Of a stretch of DNA of 64,000 bases, positions 63,520 through 64,000 are shown piece after piece. The DNA is from Saccostrea cucullata (lineage: Eukaryota): assembly GCF_032062105.1 (NCBI RefSeq), contig NW_026938238.1:186001-250000 (forward strand), given 5' to 3'. Made by a program: the position numbers and the translations under genes. Each line of letters opens with the position of its first letter. The stretch's first letter is position 1. Under the pieces are notes generated by a model. It was given only the letters and a program-made list of their open reading frames with translations, was not told the DNA's origin and searched no databases.

Positions 63520-64000
63520 AGCTCACTAAATGATAACCCGTGCTTCTAATAATGGCAAAGTCCATGTTTTGCTGTGGTCGGGAAACCCAAAATACTGTAA
63601 ACGTATTACATTTGGCTGTGTATTCTTTTTAGCGCCTTTGGCGGAAAGAAACGTCCGCTAATTCAAGTACAACGCTAAATGTCTTGCACATATACTCATG
63701 TATACGAAAATGAATAGATACGCTAAATCAAATCTACGCTAACCTGTTCAAAAATCAATTTCCTCCAAACATCGTACATGCCAAATATAATACATTTACA
63801 GTATGTATCGAATCAAAAAGTAAAATAGGAGGTGCACAATGGCAATATGTAATAAACATTCTGTGAAAGTTTCATTAAATTTCACTCAGTGGTATAAGAG
63901 GAGTTGCGGATAAAAGATGGGTACCCCAAAGCGTAACAGACAAACGGACGGACGTACAGCTAGACGGACGGACATACCGATTACAGTATACCCCGCACCT
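63520..64000 (+). mobile_element. Second copy of the 61143-61503 HINE family, interrupted by a TA-MITE (63595-63801)
   Basis: Shares gctcactaaatgata..., ggaaacccaaaata and aaaagtaaaataggaggtgcacaatggcaatatg with the 61.2-kb copy. That copy shows the empty TA site. Confidence 0.75.

Overview
AT-rich, intron-containing animal genomic DNA. The repeat content (CvA/pearl-type Helentron-associated elements, bivalve-type SINE relics) suggests an oyster or other bivalve; this is inference. Manual splicing gives six protein-coding genes with consistent exon phases: major vault protein (MVP, +, 10 coding exons, ~856 aa), a single-exon GT77-like nucleotide-diphospho-sugar transferase (+), ING4/5 (-, 244 aa) head-to-head with NEURL4 (+, 24 exons, ~1440 aa), RANGRF/MOG1 (+, 186 aa), and a CARD-containing caspase-like gene (-) whose first exon I could not find in the window. 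The main observation is that the caspase-like gene has an open frame but lacks the catalytic His (SHG->SRG, as in cFLIP), has QACDD instead of QACxG, and has lost the S1-pocket Arg motif. It looks like a CARD-type pseudo-caspase or decoy. NEURL4 likewise has Tyr in place of the His of its ADP-ribosyltransferase HG motif. Non-coding DNA holds many non-autonomous DNA transposons with readable TIRs and TSDs of 2-9 bp, including a four-level nested stack at 18.4-23.0 kb. RANGRF intron 2 carries a 5.3-kb 22-bp satellite with a 1243-bp higher-order repeat and AATAAA in most monomers. No CRISPR array, rRNA, intact tRNA or transposase ORF was found.
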